This document shows, in pieces, positions 18,761 through 26,016 of a stretch of 40,000 nt of DNA; positions within the stretch are counted from its first letter, which is position 1, and each line of letters opens with the position of its first letter. The translations under genes and the position numbers were made by a program. Source of the DNA: Halobellus ruber (GTDB lineage: Archaea > Halobacteriota > Halobacteria > Halobacteriales > Haloferacaceae); NCBI RefSeq assembly GCF_014212355.1, contig NZ_JACKXD010000001.1, positions 231,143 to 271,142 of the forward strand, in the 5' to 3' direction. The notes beneath the pieces are model-generated. The model saw only the letters and a list, made by a program, of their open reading frames with translations. It did no database searches and was not told the DNA's origin.

Positions 18761-19276
18761 CTACCGGGACGCCGACCCCGTCAGCCCCGGACCGCGCCGC
18801 AACCCGACCGCTGCCACCGCGGCGACGGACGCGAGGCCGCCGATCCCGACGAGGGCGTAGTGGAACCGGAACGCCTGCTCCAGCGTGGCCTGCCCCAGCG
18901 TGAACCCGCCGAACAGGCCGAGCGCGGCGGGTTCGCCGACGACCGGCACGCCGAGGAGAAGCTCAAGCCCGACCTGTCCCAGCGTGAACGACAGCTGGGT
19001 CCAGGGGAGTATCAGCCCCGTGTAGGCGTATATGACCACTAGCGGCGCCGAGAGGACGGCCCCGACCGCGTACGCCGGCCTGTGGACGACTCCGGCCGCC
19101 AGCCCGAGGAGCGGCACGCACGCCGCACAGCCGGCGAGTAGCAGCCGTACCGGCTGTGTCGATGCTGGGGTCGCGACCGCCAACGCGAGGTCGACGGCGA
19201 CCACGCCGGCAACGAGCGCGAGGAGGAGGGCGTTCAGCGGCGGGTCTGACCCGCTTCGGGGTTCTGTGTCGCTCAC
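18761..19276 (-). CDS. cytochrome b N-terminal-domain-like membrane protein (short, degenerate)
   Basis: 171-aa ORF with GTG at 19274-19276. The segment YTGLILPWTQLSFTLGQVGLELLLGVPVVGEPAALGLFGGFTLGQATLEQAFRFHYAL aligns by eye with the cytochrome b core [27 protein letters not shown]...[21 protein letters not shown]. Confidence 0.55.
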   Translation of the reverse strand: MSDTEPRSGSDPPLNALLLALVAGVVAVDLALAVATPASTQPVRLLLAGCAACVPLLGLAAGVVHRPAYAVGAVLSAPLVVIYAYTGLILPWTQLSFTLGQVGLELLLGVPVVGEPAALGLFGGFTLGQATLEQAFRFHYALVGIGGLASVAAVAAVGLRRGPGLTGSASR

Positions 19277-19351
19277 GTCGGCGGATGCCGATTCAGCCTC
19301 CTATGTTTTCTGTTCGGCCCGCGTTCCCCGCGGCCGGTCCGACGGGCGAGG

Positions 19352-19672
19352 TCAGCTCCGCTCCGGGAGGTCGTACTCCTCGGGTGCGGGCACGTAGAGG
19401 GTGTCGATGGTGAACCCGAGCGCCAGCGGCAGTCCGATGGCGGCCCCGAGCAGGGTCGGCGTGTCGAGGTTCAGCCCCGCGCCGACCGGGAACACGCCGA
19501 AGAAGACCAGCGTCGTCACAAGCAGCGCCACCGGAATGAGCGCGACGGAGTAGACGACGTACCCCCACTGGGTCTTGAGCCGGAGCCGGAAAAAGCGGGT
19601 CAGTACCGCCGCGATCAGGGTATGGACCACGAGCACCGCCCCGAACGCGACGAGTCCGACGACCGAGACCAT
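19352..19672 (-). CDS. hypothetical small membrane protein (about 3 TM helices, 106 aa)
   Basis: ATG at 19670-19672. The product is hydrophobic with an acidic C-terminal tail (PAPEEYDLPERS). The gene lies 75 nt upstream of, and is co-oriented with, the cytochrome-b-like gene. Confidence 0.5.
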   Translation of the reverse strand: MVSVVGLVAFGAVLVVHTLIAAVLTRFFRLRLKTQWGYVVYSVALIPVALLVTTLVFFGVFPVGAGLNLDTPTLLGAAIGLPLALGFTIDTLYVPAPEEYDLPERS

Positions 19673-19716
19673 ACCCGACGTAGGGGTGGCGAGGACTTTA
19701 CGCGTTCGGCTTCGGC

Positions 19717-19950
19717 CTACTCGTCCATCGCGATGTAGGTCCTGGTGTCGATCACGGATTCGAGCCCCTGGATCCCCGTCGAGGCGGTGCTGAGCACCTC
19801 GTAGACCTCGGGGGCGTCGGCCTCGGCGATGATGTCGTAGCCGCCCGCGACGACGTGCGCTTCGACCACGTTCTCCAGCCCCCGGATCGCCTCAAGCAAC
19901 CCCTCGGACTCCCCCGGTCCGGTCTTGATCATCACGAACGCGTGGACCAT
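19717..19950 (-). CDS. stand-alone Lrp/AsnC ligand-binding (RAM) domain protein, 77 aa
   Basis: This is the 3' end of ORF 19717..20316(-), with ATG at 19948-19950. The product is MVHAFVMIKTGPGESEGLLEAIRGLENVVEAHVVAGGYDII...TRTYIAMDE. Confidence 0.75.
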   Translation of the reverse strand: MVHAFVMIKTGPGESEGLLEAIRGLENVVEAHVVAGGYDIIAEADAPEVYEVLSTASTGIQGLESVIDTRTYIAMDE

Positions 19951-20083
19951 ACCCGCACGGTACGTCACACCGTCACATATCCTTTGCGCCGTCGTTCGGT
20001 TCCGCCCGCTCACGGTCGGACCGGGAGGAGGAGGCCACACCGCCGGAGAAACATTATTGACACCCCCCGGCGTACACCGGTGT

Positions 20084-20767
20084 ATGCGGTTCGTTATCAT
20101 TGGTGCCGGTCGTGTAGGACTCCGGACTGCCCGCGTCCTGCGCGAGGAGAGCCACCAGGTCACGCTGATCGAGCGCGACCGCGACCGGGTCGAGTACGCC
20201 CGCGACGCCGGCTTCGAGGTGATCCACGGTGACGGCTCCCGGGAGGAGGTCCTGCTCGAGGCCGGCGTCGAGGACGCCGACGGGCTCGGGGCGCTCACGA
20301 GCGACCTGAACGTCAACTTCGCGGCGTGCTCGATCGCGAAACACCACCGAACGTGGACCGTCCTCCGGGTCGACGAGGACTACCGCGAGGAGGTCTACCA
20401 GGGGTACGCAGACGAGGTCGACGAGGTCGTCTACCCCGAGCGTCTCGGCGCGATCGGCGCGAAAAACGCCCTGTTGGGCGGGTCGGTCCACGCGATCGCC
20501 GACGTCGCTCAAAACCTCCAGGTGGTGCTCATGACCGTCACCGAGGAGTCGCCCATCCGGGGCTACACCATCGAGGAGGTTCAACTGCCCGCCAACGCCA
20601 CCATCATCGCGTTCGGAAAGGACGGGGAGTCGATGGCGCTGCCGCTGGCCGACGACAGCCTGGAGGTCGGCGATCGGCTGGCGGTGCTGGCCGACTTCGA
20701 CGTGCTGGAGGAGGCACGACAGCTGATCGTCGGCGAGACGCTGGCGCCCGAGGGGGAAACGGCCTGA
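20084..20767 (+). CDS. trkA: TrkA-type potassium transport NAD-binding protein
   Basis: ORF 19925..20767(+). Start taken at ATG 20084 (MRFVIIGAGRVGLRTARVL), which gives the GxGxxG motif. A C-terminal TrkA_C-like region follows. Confidence 0.85.
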   Translation: MRFVIIGAGRVGLRTARVLREESHQVTLIERDRDRVEYARDAGFEVIHGDGSREEVLLEAGVEDADGLGALTSDLNVNFAACSIAKHHRTWTVLRVDEDYREEVYQGYADEVDEVVYPERLGAIGAKNALLGGSVHAIADVAQNLQVVLMTVTEESPIRGYTIEEVQLPANATIIAFGKDGESMALPLADDSLEVGDRLAVLADFDVLEEARQLIVGETLAPEGETA

Positions 20768-20997
20768 TGGTCACCGCCTACGTGATGGTCAAAGCCTCCA
20801 CCGGGGACGTCGACCGGCTGAAAGCCGAGATGGCGTCGGTCGACGACACGGTCGAGAGCGTCAGCGTCGTCGCCGGCGACATCGACTACATCGTGAAACT
20901 CCGCGTCGACGGTCCCAGCGACGTCAAGGAGGTCGCCGCCGCGATCCACGAGATGGCCGGAATCGAGAACACACAGACCTACATCGCGATGGATTAG
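20767..20997 (+). CDS. stand-alone Lrp/AsnC ligand-binding (RAM) domain protein, 76 aa
   Basis: ATG at 20767-20769 shares its A with the trkA stop (TGATG). The product is MVTAYVMVKASTGDVDRLKAEMASVDDTVESVSVVAGDIDYIV...TQTYIAMD, a paralogue of the 19717-19950 product. Confidence 0.75.
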   Translation: MVTAYVMVKASTGDVDRLKAEMASVDDTVESVSVVAGDIDYIVKLRVDGPSDVKEVAAAIHEMAGIENTQTYIAMD

Positions 20998-21005
20998 CCG
21001 GGGCC

Positions 21006-21515
21006 CTACAGCGGCGTCCCGCCCTTCGTGCCGCCCGCGGTGTCGGCCGCTTGCTGGATCAGAAGCGTCACTGGCTCGGCGTACTCGTAGCCGGGGATGA
21101 TCCCCTCGACGTAGGTTCCCTCGACGTACTCGACGACCGCAACCGCGTCGGCGACCGCCCGGGTCGCATCGAGGTCCCGGAGTTCGACTTCCACGACCGC
21201 CTCCTCGTCGCGCTGTCGGACAGAAACCGCCGCGTCGTCGCCGCGGATCGCGCTGTCGACGTCGTCGATTCGGAGCTCGAAGGTCTCGAACCACCCCTCC
21301 TCGACGACCGGCGCGACCGCCTCCTCGGTCACGGCGTCGAGCATCGGGACGGCGACAGCGACGGTACAGACCACGGCACCCCCGTCGGCATCGACCTCGA
21401 TGCTCCCCTCGAACGCCGTCGTCCGCACCACGTAGCCGCCCTCGCCGTCCGGCTCGAACGACTCGTTGGCCCCGGCGGCGCGTCGTGCTCGCTCGACCGC
21501 GTCGGACTCGCTCAT
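21006..21515 (-). CDS. conserved acidic hypothetical protein (169 aa)
   Basis: ORF 21006..21548(-). Start taken at ATG 21513-21515 (MSESDAVERARRAAGANESFEPDGEGGYVV...). A TATA-like TTTTTATC (minus strand) lies about 27 nt upstream. Confidence 0.6.
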   Translation of the reverse strand: MSESDAVERARRAAGANESFEPDGEGGYVVRTTAFEGSIEVDADGGAVVCTVAVAVPMLDAVTEEAVAPVVEEGWFETFELRIDDVDSAIRGDDAAVSVRQRDEEAVVEVELRDLDATRAVADAVAVVEYVEGTYVEGIIPGYEYAEPVTLLIQQAADTAGGTKGGTPL

Positions 21516-21639
21516 CAGCGGGCGAAGGGGATGCGGCGATAAAAACACCGCGTATCGATCCCTCCGGTATCAACGTTCGACCCCGAGCACTCGTTTCCGC
21601 CTGCGGCACAATTAAGTAAATCCCACCGTTTGTCCTACG

Positions 21640-21731
21640 TGACGCTTCGTCTGGAGGGCCGAAGCGTCAGCGGGGACCAATTCAGGGCGGCAGCGGCCGT
21701 CCGGGCTGTTCCCGGATGGCTGCTCCCTTTT
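21640..21731 (+). ncRNA. candidate small structured RNA (about 90 nt): TATA box, two strong hairpins, T4 stop
   Basis: ATTAAGTAAAT at 21611-21621 lies about 27 nt upstream of 21640. Hairpin 1 is a perfect 10-bp stem (21640-21649 with 21660-21669). Hairpin 2 is a 17-position stem with 16 pairs (21689-21705 with 21711-21727), followed immediately by TTTT at 21728-21731. Its two G-T positions are valid G-U pairs only on the plus-strand RNA. Confidence 0.35.
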
Positions 21732-21848
21732 CGACGACGACCCTCAAGTGGCAACCACGTCCCGATCGATCGGCGTCGTCGCTTCGAGCCGTTCGAGCGC
21801 TCGCCGGGCTTCGAGCCATTCAAGTACTCACCGGGACAGATACCGCGT

Positions 21849-22226
21849 ATGAAGGATCAAGGACGCTCGAAGCGAAAGCGGACCGGAGGTCGACGCCGCC
21901 GGTCGCACAAGAAGACCCGCCACCAACTCGGTCGCGAGCCCGCGGAGACGACCGTGGGGGAGCCACGGTTTCAGATGGTCGACTCCCGCGGCACCGGCAA
22001 GAAGGTCCGCGCGCTGTCAACGAACGTCGCTCAGGTCGCCGACGGCGGCGAGGTGACGACCGCGACGATCGAGGACGTCGTCGAGAACCCCGCGAACGTC
22101 AACTACGCCCGGCGGAACATCGTCACGAAGGGCGCCGTCATCGAGACGACCGAGGGTCGCGCCCGCGTGACCTCGCGACCGGGCCAGACCGGGCAGGTCA
22201 GCGCCGTTCTCCTCGACGACGAGTAA
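21849..22226 (+). CDS. rps8e: 30S ribosomal protein S8e
   Basis: ORF 21630..22226(+). Start taken at ATG 21849 (MKDQGRSKRKRTGGRRRRSHKKTRHQLGREP...). The very basic N-terminus and the length fit S8e. Confidence 0.9.
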   Translation: MKDQGRSKRKRTGGRRRRSHKKTRHQLGREPAETTVGEPRFQMVDSRGTGKKVRALSTNVAQVADGGEVTTATIEDVVENPANVNYARRNIVTKGAVIETTEGRARVTSRPGQTGQVSAVLLDDE

Positions 22227-22232
22227 CGCGCC

Positions 22233-23234
22233 TTACGGCGTCGGTGCCGTCTTCTGCAGCGCGGTTTCGGCGATGTTGCCGCCGTAGTCCGCGCTCCGCG
22301 ACACCGAATCGACGATCAACCCCAGCAGGTGCGCCCGGGCGGGGTCGAGGTCCCGGAGGAGTTCGTCGATGCGCCGCGCCCGCTCGTCGATCGCCTGCAC
22401 CGACTCGCGGGTGTCGTTCGCCAGGCGGGTGGCCTCTTCCGTGTCGTCCGTCAACAGCGCGTCCATCCCCTGGTCGATGATCGCGTGTGCATCCTCGTGG
22501 AGTTGGGAGAGCGCGTCGACCACCTCCTCGGGGACGGGTTTCTCGAACTCCAGGATGAGGTGGGCGATCTTCGTGGCGTGGTCGGCCACGCGTTCGAGCT
22601 GGCGCGCTGCGGACTGGTAGTCGAAACACTCCTCGCGGGGCAGCCCCAGCTCCTCGGCCGCCTTCGGGGTCCGGAGGGTCGACCGGAAGATGCGCGAGAC
22701 TACCATCCACAGCCGGTCGACGTCGTCGTCGCGTTGGATCACGTCCCGGGCCATATCGTCGTCGAGTTCGGCGAGCGCGTCGACCGCGTCCTCCAGCATC
22801 GACAGCGAGATGAGGCGCATCCGCCTGACGGCGGTGTGGATCGACAGCTCCGCCGAATCCAGCAGGTCGCGGATCACCACCTCGTCTCTGGTCTCCTCGA
22901 GGACCTCGAGTCCGACGAGACTCTGTGTGGCCTCCCGGATGGTGCGGCGCTGGCTGGTGGTGATCCGGGCGCTCTCCAACGAGATGATGTCGAACCCGCT
23001 GACGTACATCGTCATCACGGCGCGGGTCAGTTCCTCGCCCTCGAGGTCGGTGATGTCGAGCGTGCCCTCGGTCCGCTCCTCGCCGTTCGCTGGCGCCATA
23101 AACAACGAGTCGCCCTCCGGGTAGAACTCGACAGTGCTGCCGGCGGAGACGTCGTTTGCGGTCGCCCACTCCTTCGGGATCGAGACAGTGAACGTGGACC
23201 CACCGGTCACCTGAACCTTCCGCGTTTCGACCAT
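22233..23234 (-). CDS. PhoU-family phosphate uptake regulator with an N-terminal AbrB/SpoVT-type domain
   Basis: ORF 22233..23255(-). Start taken at ATG 23232-23234 (MVETRKVQVTGGSTFTVSIPKEWA). Two PhoU-like helical repeats follow. Confidence 0.8.
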   Translation of the reverse strand: MVETRKVQVTGGSTFTVSIPKEWATANDVSAGSTVEFYPEGDSLFMAPANGEERTEGTLDITDLEGEELTRAVMTMYVSGFDIISLESARITTSQRRTIREATQSLVGLEVLEETRDEVVIRDLLDSAELSIHTAVRRMRLISLSMLEDAVDALAELDDDMARDVIQRDDDVDRLWMVVSRIFRSTLRTPKAAEELGLPREECFDYQSAARQLERVADHATKIAHLILEFEKPVPEEVVDALSQLHEDAHAIIDQGMDALLTDDTEEATRLANDTRESVQAIDERARRIDELLRDLDPARAHLLGLIVDSVSRSADYGGNIAETALQKTAPTP

Positions 23235-23541
23235 ACCGGCGGTTACCGACGGCACAACATAAATTTGCCTATCTATATATAGTTCGTCGCGTCAACCGAT
23301 CGGCCGGTACCGACGAACGGGAGACGACTGGCGCTCTCGATATCTTCCTGATTCGGGTCGTGTCGTCAGGCCCACAGGGGCATCGAACCGCCGGCTTCGA
23401 CCCACATCACCGACATCTCCGCCGGTTGGATCGTGGTCGATTCGGCCCGACGGCCGCCGTCGTCGTTCCGTTGCCCTGACGGGAAATACTGATGCGTATT
23501 TCGAATATATAGTTCTATGTAGAAAATGGGGATCGACGCGA

Positions 23542-24843
23542 TCAGAAGATGTTAGCTTGCCGGTAGACGCTGATCCCCTCGTCGGTGAGATCGTACGGTT
23601 TCGTCTCCCGGGAGTGGTTCGCGTCCCGGATCTTCTGGATTTCGATCGCAAGGCGGGTCTCCCGGAAGTCGCTCGGGCGGACGTACTGGAGCACGAACAC
23701 CGCGTCGGCGAGGTACTCCACGATCCCGAAGCGGGACGCGTAGGCGTGGTTGCGGTCCGCCTCCGAGGTCAGCAGGATCGTGATCCCGGCCTCCTTCAGC
23801 GAGCGTGCGAACCCGAACACCTGGCTCCGGCGCTGGGGAGCGCTCTCGTACATCATCTCCAGCAGCGACACCGAGTCGAGCACGAGCCGGTCGGCGCCGA
23901 AGTCCTCGATCAGGTTCGGGAGGTCGTTCTGGATGCTGTCGAGGCTGTTGGCCATCTCGATGGGGTCGATGTCGACGACCGCCAGCCGGTCCTCATCGAC
24001 GTACTCCCCGAACCCCCAGCCCTTCTCGTCGGCGGTCGAGACGATCCGATCGAAGCTCTCCTCTAAGGTGATGTAGACGGCGTCCTCACCCTGCTGTAGC
24101 CCGTGGTTCAGGAACTGCAACCCGAACGTGGTCTTCCCGGTCCCGGCGGAGCCGATCGCGACCATCAGCGACCGTTGGGGTACGCCCCCGAGGATCATCT
24201 GGTCTAACCCCTCGATCCCGATGTCGAGCCGTTCGAGGTCCGACTCGAACTCCGCCTCGTCGAACGACTCCGGGTCCTCCCCGCCGACGTCGCCGAACCC
24301 GAACTCGTCGCCGCCGAACGGCGAGTCGCCGGCGTCCTGCCCCTCGCCGCTTCCGCCGAACGGGGCGCCGTCCCCCTGGCTGCCGTCGGACGGCGATTCT
24401 CCCCCGCTACCGCCGCCGAACGGGCCGGTTCCGCCGCTCCCGCCGGGCTGGGAGCCTCCGACCCCGGAACCGGGATCGGGAGCGTCCTCCAGCGCCGACG
24501 CGAAATCCCGATCGAACGGGACCCCACGATCCCCCGTGTCGGCGTCGTCGCCCCGACTGTCGTCGGCGTCGGAGCCGTCGTCGGTTCCGCCCGCCGAGGC
24601 CGCAGCGGTCCCGTCGCTATCGTCGCCACCGTCGCCCGACTCCCCGGCCGGGTGGCCGACGGTCGGTTCGGCGTCTTCCGCGTCCGAATCGCCGACGGTT
24701 GGTTCGGCGTCTTCCGCGTCCGGAGTGCTCGCCGAACCCGCGTCGGGATCCCCCGCGTCCGGGCCGGCACCTTCCGAACCTGCGTCTTCCCCGTTCTCGC
24801 CCTCCCGGAGCGCACGCTCGAACCAGTCGTCGTCGTCACTCAC
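23542..24843 (-). CDS. KaiC/RecA-superfamily ATPase (single KaiC-like domain) with a long acidic disordered N-terminal region
   Basis: ORF 23542..24906(-). Probable start is GTG 24841-24843 (MSDDDDWFERAL); the start is uncertain. It has Walker A GSAGTGKTT, Walker B RLVLDS and the KaiC-type LDIGIEGLDQMILGGVPQRS. Confidence 0.8.
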   Translation of the reverse strand: MSDDDDWFERALREGENGEDAGSEGAGPDAGDPDAGSASTPDAEDAEPTVGDSDAEDAEPTVGHPAGESGDGGDDSDGTAAASAGGTDDGSDADDSRGDDADTGDRGVPFDRDFASALEDAPDPGSGVGGSQPGGSGGTGPFGGGSGGESPSDGSQGDGAPFGGSGEGQDAGDSPFGGDEFGFGDVGGEDPESFDEAEFESDLERLDIGIEGLDQMILGGVPQRSLMVAIGSAGTGKTTFGLQFLNHGLQQGEDAVYITLEESFDRIVSTADEKGWGFGEYVDEDRLAVVDIDPIEMANSLDSIQNDLPNLIEDFGADRLVLDSVSLLEMMYESAPQRRSQVFGFARSLKEAGITILLTSEADRNHAYASRFGIVEYLADAVFVLQYVRPSDFRETRLAIEIQKIRDANHSRETKPYDLTDEGISVYRQANIF

Positions 24844-25035
24844 GGCGACCACCTGCCCCCTCGACCGGGTGCCGCCGCCGGATCGGGGTCGACCGCCCCG
24901 TGCCACACCGGGTCCGTACCATCTGCGTGGTCGGACAGACGACCGGCGCGGCTATCAATGTTGTCCGTCCGAGCCCGGGCGTCCGCCGCCTCGGGACCGA
25001 GCCCTTTTGCCCTGGTACGGTCAAGCGAACGGCGA

Positions 25036-25860
25036 ATGCAGGTTGCCATCGTCGCACAGCGGGATAACGACCGGACCGCCGGGCTGGCGGCCGACATCCG
25101 GGACCGGCTCCGCGAGGCGGGCGTGTCCGTGTGGCTCGACGACGCGACTGCGGGCCGACTCGGCGTCGACGGGCGGGCGGTCGAGGAGTTCGGCGCCGCG
25201 GACCTCGTCGTGAGCATCGGCGGCGACGGGACGTTCCTGTTTGCCGCCCACGGCGCCGGCGACGTGCCGATTCTGGGGGTCAACCTCGGCGAAGTCGGGT
25301 TCCTCAACCCGGTTCGCCCGGGGGAAGCGGTCGACGCCGTGCTGGCGCAGGTCCGGCAGTTCCGGGCCGAAGGGTCGCTCCGGACGCGGTCGCGGCCGCG
25401 GCTCGCGACCCGCGGCGACGGCTGGACGCTCCCCCCGGCGGTCAACGAGGTCGTGGTACAGGGGCGCCGCCGCGGGCACGGCGGCGGTGCCGAGCTCACA
25501 GTCCGGATCGACGGCTCGGAGTACGCACGCGGCCACGCCGACGGGGTGCTGGTGGCGACCCCGACCGGCAGCACCGCGTACAACCTCAGCGAGGACGGCC
25601 CGCTGATTCACCCCGGGGTCTCGGGGTTCGTCGTCACCGGAATGGCGGCCACCCGGGGGATGCCGCCGCTCGTCGTCGACGCCCGGTCGACGGTGTCGGT
25701 GTCGGTCGACGAGGGCACCCCGGCCGTGGTCGTGGTCGACGGCCGGATCCGCGAACCGGTCGATCCCCCGACCGAGGTCACCGTGGAGATCGGCGACGAC
25801 CCGATCCGCACCGTCGGCCCGACCTCGGACTTCTTCGAGGCCCTGGAGAAGCTGGATTGA
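25036..25860 (+). CDS. nadK: NAD kinase
   Basis: ORF 24652..25860(+). Start taken at ATG 25036 (MQVAIVAQRDN...). It carries the GGDGT motif (SIGGDGTFL), NEVVV and ATPTGSTAYNLS. Confidence 0.85.
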   Translation: MQVAIVAQRDNDRTAGLAADIRDRLREAGVSVWLDDATAGRLGVDGRAVEEFGAADLVVSIGGDGTFLFAAHGAGDVPILGVNLGEVGFLNPVRPGEAVDAVLAQVRQFRAEGSLRTRSRPRLATRGDGWTLPPAVNEVVVQGRRRGHGGGAELTVRIDGSEYARGHADGVLVATPTGSTAYNLSEDGPLIHPGVSGFVVTGMAATRGMPPLVVDARSTVSVSVDEGTPAVVVVDGRIREPVDPPTEVTVEIGDDPIRTVGPTSDFFEALEKLD

Positions 25861-26016
25861 CCGCCTCGCCCCGGTATGTGACCGACGGGCGCCGTCCGAC
25901 CAGAGGTGTTCCCGCGTCGACAGTATGAGTTTGCGTCCCTTCGCCGCCGGCTCGGTACACGCCCGTCCATCGACGTATAGCAATCCACATTAACCCCGAA
26001 GCCGAACCGTCCGATT

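Noticed and set aside
21549-21848. SRP (7S) RNA or RNase P RNA in the 300-bp gap upstream of rps8e
   Set aside because: I could not find the conserved SRP helix-8 GNAR-loop/AGCA-type motif or an Alu-domain 5' end. The TATA-to-T4 unit is only about 90 nt, which is too short for either RNA. It is kept only as an unclassified sRNA candidate.
23292-23651. 119-aa minus-strand ORF spanning the KaiC-PhoU spacer
   Set aside because: It overlaps the KaiC-like 3' end out of frame, has basic Arg/Ser/Thr-rich composition, and has no start codon with promoter geometry.
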